The notes under the pieces: generated by a model
What the model was told of the DNA's origin: nothing
Seen by the model: the letters and a program-made list of their open reading frames with translations, nothing else
Databases searched by the model: none
Assembly (NCBI GenBank): GCA_964234715.1
Contig: OZ174276.1
Reading direction: 5' to 3' (one strand)
DNA: 64,000 nt
Origin: Podarcis melisellensis
Taxonomy: Eukaryota
Position numbers and translations under genes: made by a program
Shown here: one piece after another, positions 62,258-64,000 of the stretch
Numbering within the stretch: position 1 is the stretch's first letter
How the letters are laid out: the number at the start of each line of letters is the position of its first letter

Positions 62258-62448
62258 GTGTTTCTGATTATTTTATATGTAAAGGAACCCCCACTGCCCC
62301 GTGCTTTTTTGGTATATAGTATCTACTTCTCCATACACAGACCTCTGCAGAAAGCAAATCTAAAACTTGCAGTGAATGACTTTAGTGTTTTATAAGGATG
62401 CTGTTGGAAAGACTTGATAATTCACCCCTTTTTTGTTTCTTGAAGAGT

Positions 62449-63128
62449 NNNNNNNNNNNNNNNNNNNNNNNNNNNNNNNNNNNNNNNNNNNNNNNNNNNN
62501 NNNNNNNNNNNNNNNNNNNNNNNNNNNNNNNNNNNNNNNNNNNNNNNNNNNNNNNNNNNNNNNNNNNNNNNNNNNNNNNNNNNNNNNNNNNNNNNNNNNN
62601 NNNNNNNNNNNNNNNNNNNNNNNNNNNNNNNNNNNNNNNNNNNNNNNNNNNNNNNNNNNNNNNNNNNNNNNNNNNNNNNNNNNNNNNNNNNNNNNNNNNN
62701 NNNNNNNNNNNNNNNNNNNNNNNNNNNNNNNNNNNNNNNNNNNNNNNNNNNNNNNNNNNNNNNNNNNNNNNNNNNNNNNNNNNNNNNNNNNNNNNNNNNN
62801 NNNNNNNNNNNNNNNNNNNNNNNNNNNNNNNNNNNNNNNNNNNNNNNNNNNNNNNNNNNNNNNNNNNNNNNNNNNNNNNNNNNNNNNNNNNNNNNNNNNN
62901 NNNNNNNNNNNNNNNNNNNNNNNNNNNNNNNNNNNNNNNNNNNNNNNNNNNNNNNNNNNNNNNNNNNNNNNNNNNNNNNNNNNNNNNNNNNNNNNNNNNN
63001 NNNNNNNNNNNNNNNNNNNNNNNNNNNNNNNNNNNNNNNNNNNNNNNNNNNNNNNNNNNNNNNNNNNNNNNNNNNNNNNNNNNNNNNNNNNNNNNNNNNN
63101 NNNNNNNNNNNNNNNNNNNNNNNNNNNN
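62449..63128. other. Assembly gap (N run)
   Basis: N bases. Confidence 1.
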
Positions 63129-63186
63129 TTTGTATGTTCTACTCTAAGTTATAACACAAGTTTCTTTTTTAAGAGAGTTCATTTGT

Positions 63187-63318
63187 NNNNNNNNNNNNNN
63201 NNNNNNNNNNNNNNNNNNNNNNNNNNNNNNNNNNNNNNNNNNNNNNNNNNNNNNNNNNNNNNNNNNNNNNNNNNNNNNNNNNNNNNNNNNNNNNNNNNNN
63301 NNNNNNNNNNNNNNNNNN
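63187..63318. other. Assembly gap (N run)
   Basis: N bases. Confidence 1.
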
Positions 63319-64000
63319 AGCTGTTATTTTGAGCTCTTCAGCATCACGACATAACCACTATTTCTTTTTGACTTCATTATTTTATGAAGGAACAGTGTTG
63401 CAGAGTGGAAATCATTTTGCTACACGAGTCTCTAATTCAAATCACTGGCCAGCCATGACGTTCAGTTGCTGACCTGAAGGACAGTCATATCCCAATACTG
63501 CTCAGATTTATGTGATTACTGTTAGTGATAACAGTTGTAAACCACTTTGTATACTATGTTCTAGAAACAAGTAACATCTGACCTGCAGTAGTGTTTTATT
63601 CTCTGCTTCAAAAGAAGTACTAAAATTAGACAATGATTCTTTTATTCTTTCTACTTTGGACCTTGTGAATTGAAGAGCCAGTGTAAGGGACAGAGTTTTG
63701 GACTTTGACCAAGGTGGCTAAGAACTAAATAGCTGCTCAAGGAAGGAAAGGAGGGAGAAACAAGAAGAGAGGAGACTTGAAAGGTGCACTGGTTTTTCTT
63801 CAGCCCAATGAGTTTCACATCTTATGACTCCTGTAATGTTCTCCGTATAATCATAGGCCAGGAAATAGTTTTAGTAAAGAACTATCTACAACAGATCTTC
63901 TCTCCTTTTGCTGCTTTCTCTCTCTGGCATCTAGCCCTGCTTCTTGCTTGGGTCAAACCTGCTAAATAAGAAATAACCTAAAATGCTCACATTTATCCTT

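Larger units (their letters stand above)
59001..62280 (+). other. CPEB4: CPEB4 3'UTR (AU-rich; CPEs, Pumilio site, poly(A) signals)
   Basis: Follows the stop codon and is largely free of transposons. TTTTAT/TTTTAAT at 59357, 59398, 59523, 59629, 60224; TGTACATA 61550; AATAAA at ~60385, ~61851 and 62252. True 3' end uncertain because of gaps. Confidence 0.7.

Noticed and set aside
61085-63332. Long ORFs of 130-299 aa
   Set aside because: Artefacts of N runs.

Overview
Eukaryotic (squamate, probably lacertid lizard, judged from Sauria SINEs with ACCTTT tails) genomic DNA holding the whole CPEB4 gene on the + strand. It has a CpG-island promoter (~12.2-13.1 kb), a ~1.8 kb uORF-rich 5' leader, and nine coding exons I could trace with GT-AG boundaries from 14258 to 59000 (2139 nt, 712 aa; 704 aa without the microexon). 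The protein has an N-terminal disordered region, two RRMs and a ZZ-type zinc finger. The long AU-rich 3'UTR is interrupted by assembly gaps. The 24-nt neuronal microexon (ARTYGRRR, 46261-46284) is intact, but I could not find an intact copy of the 51-nt exon 3 (GRLNYSYPGSDSSLLIN in mammals), so it may be lost in this lineage. Introns carry SINEs, CR1/L2 fragments and several palindromic MITEs. Most other ORFs in the track are spurious. I found no convincing wholly new multi-gene system. The best leads are regulatory: the exon 3 absence, a possible uORF-removing 5'UTR intron, and two unexplained hairpins. Mammalian comparisons and repeat family names are from memory, not from alignments.
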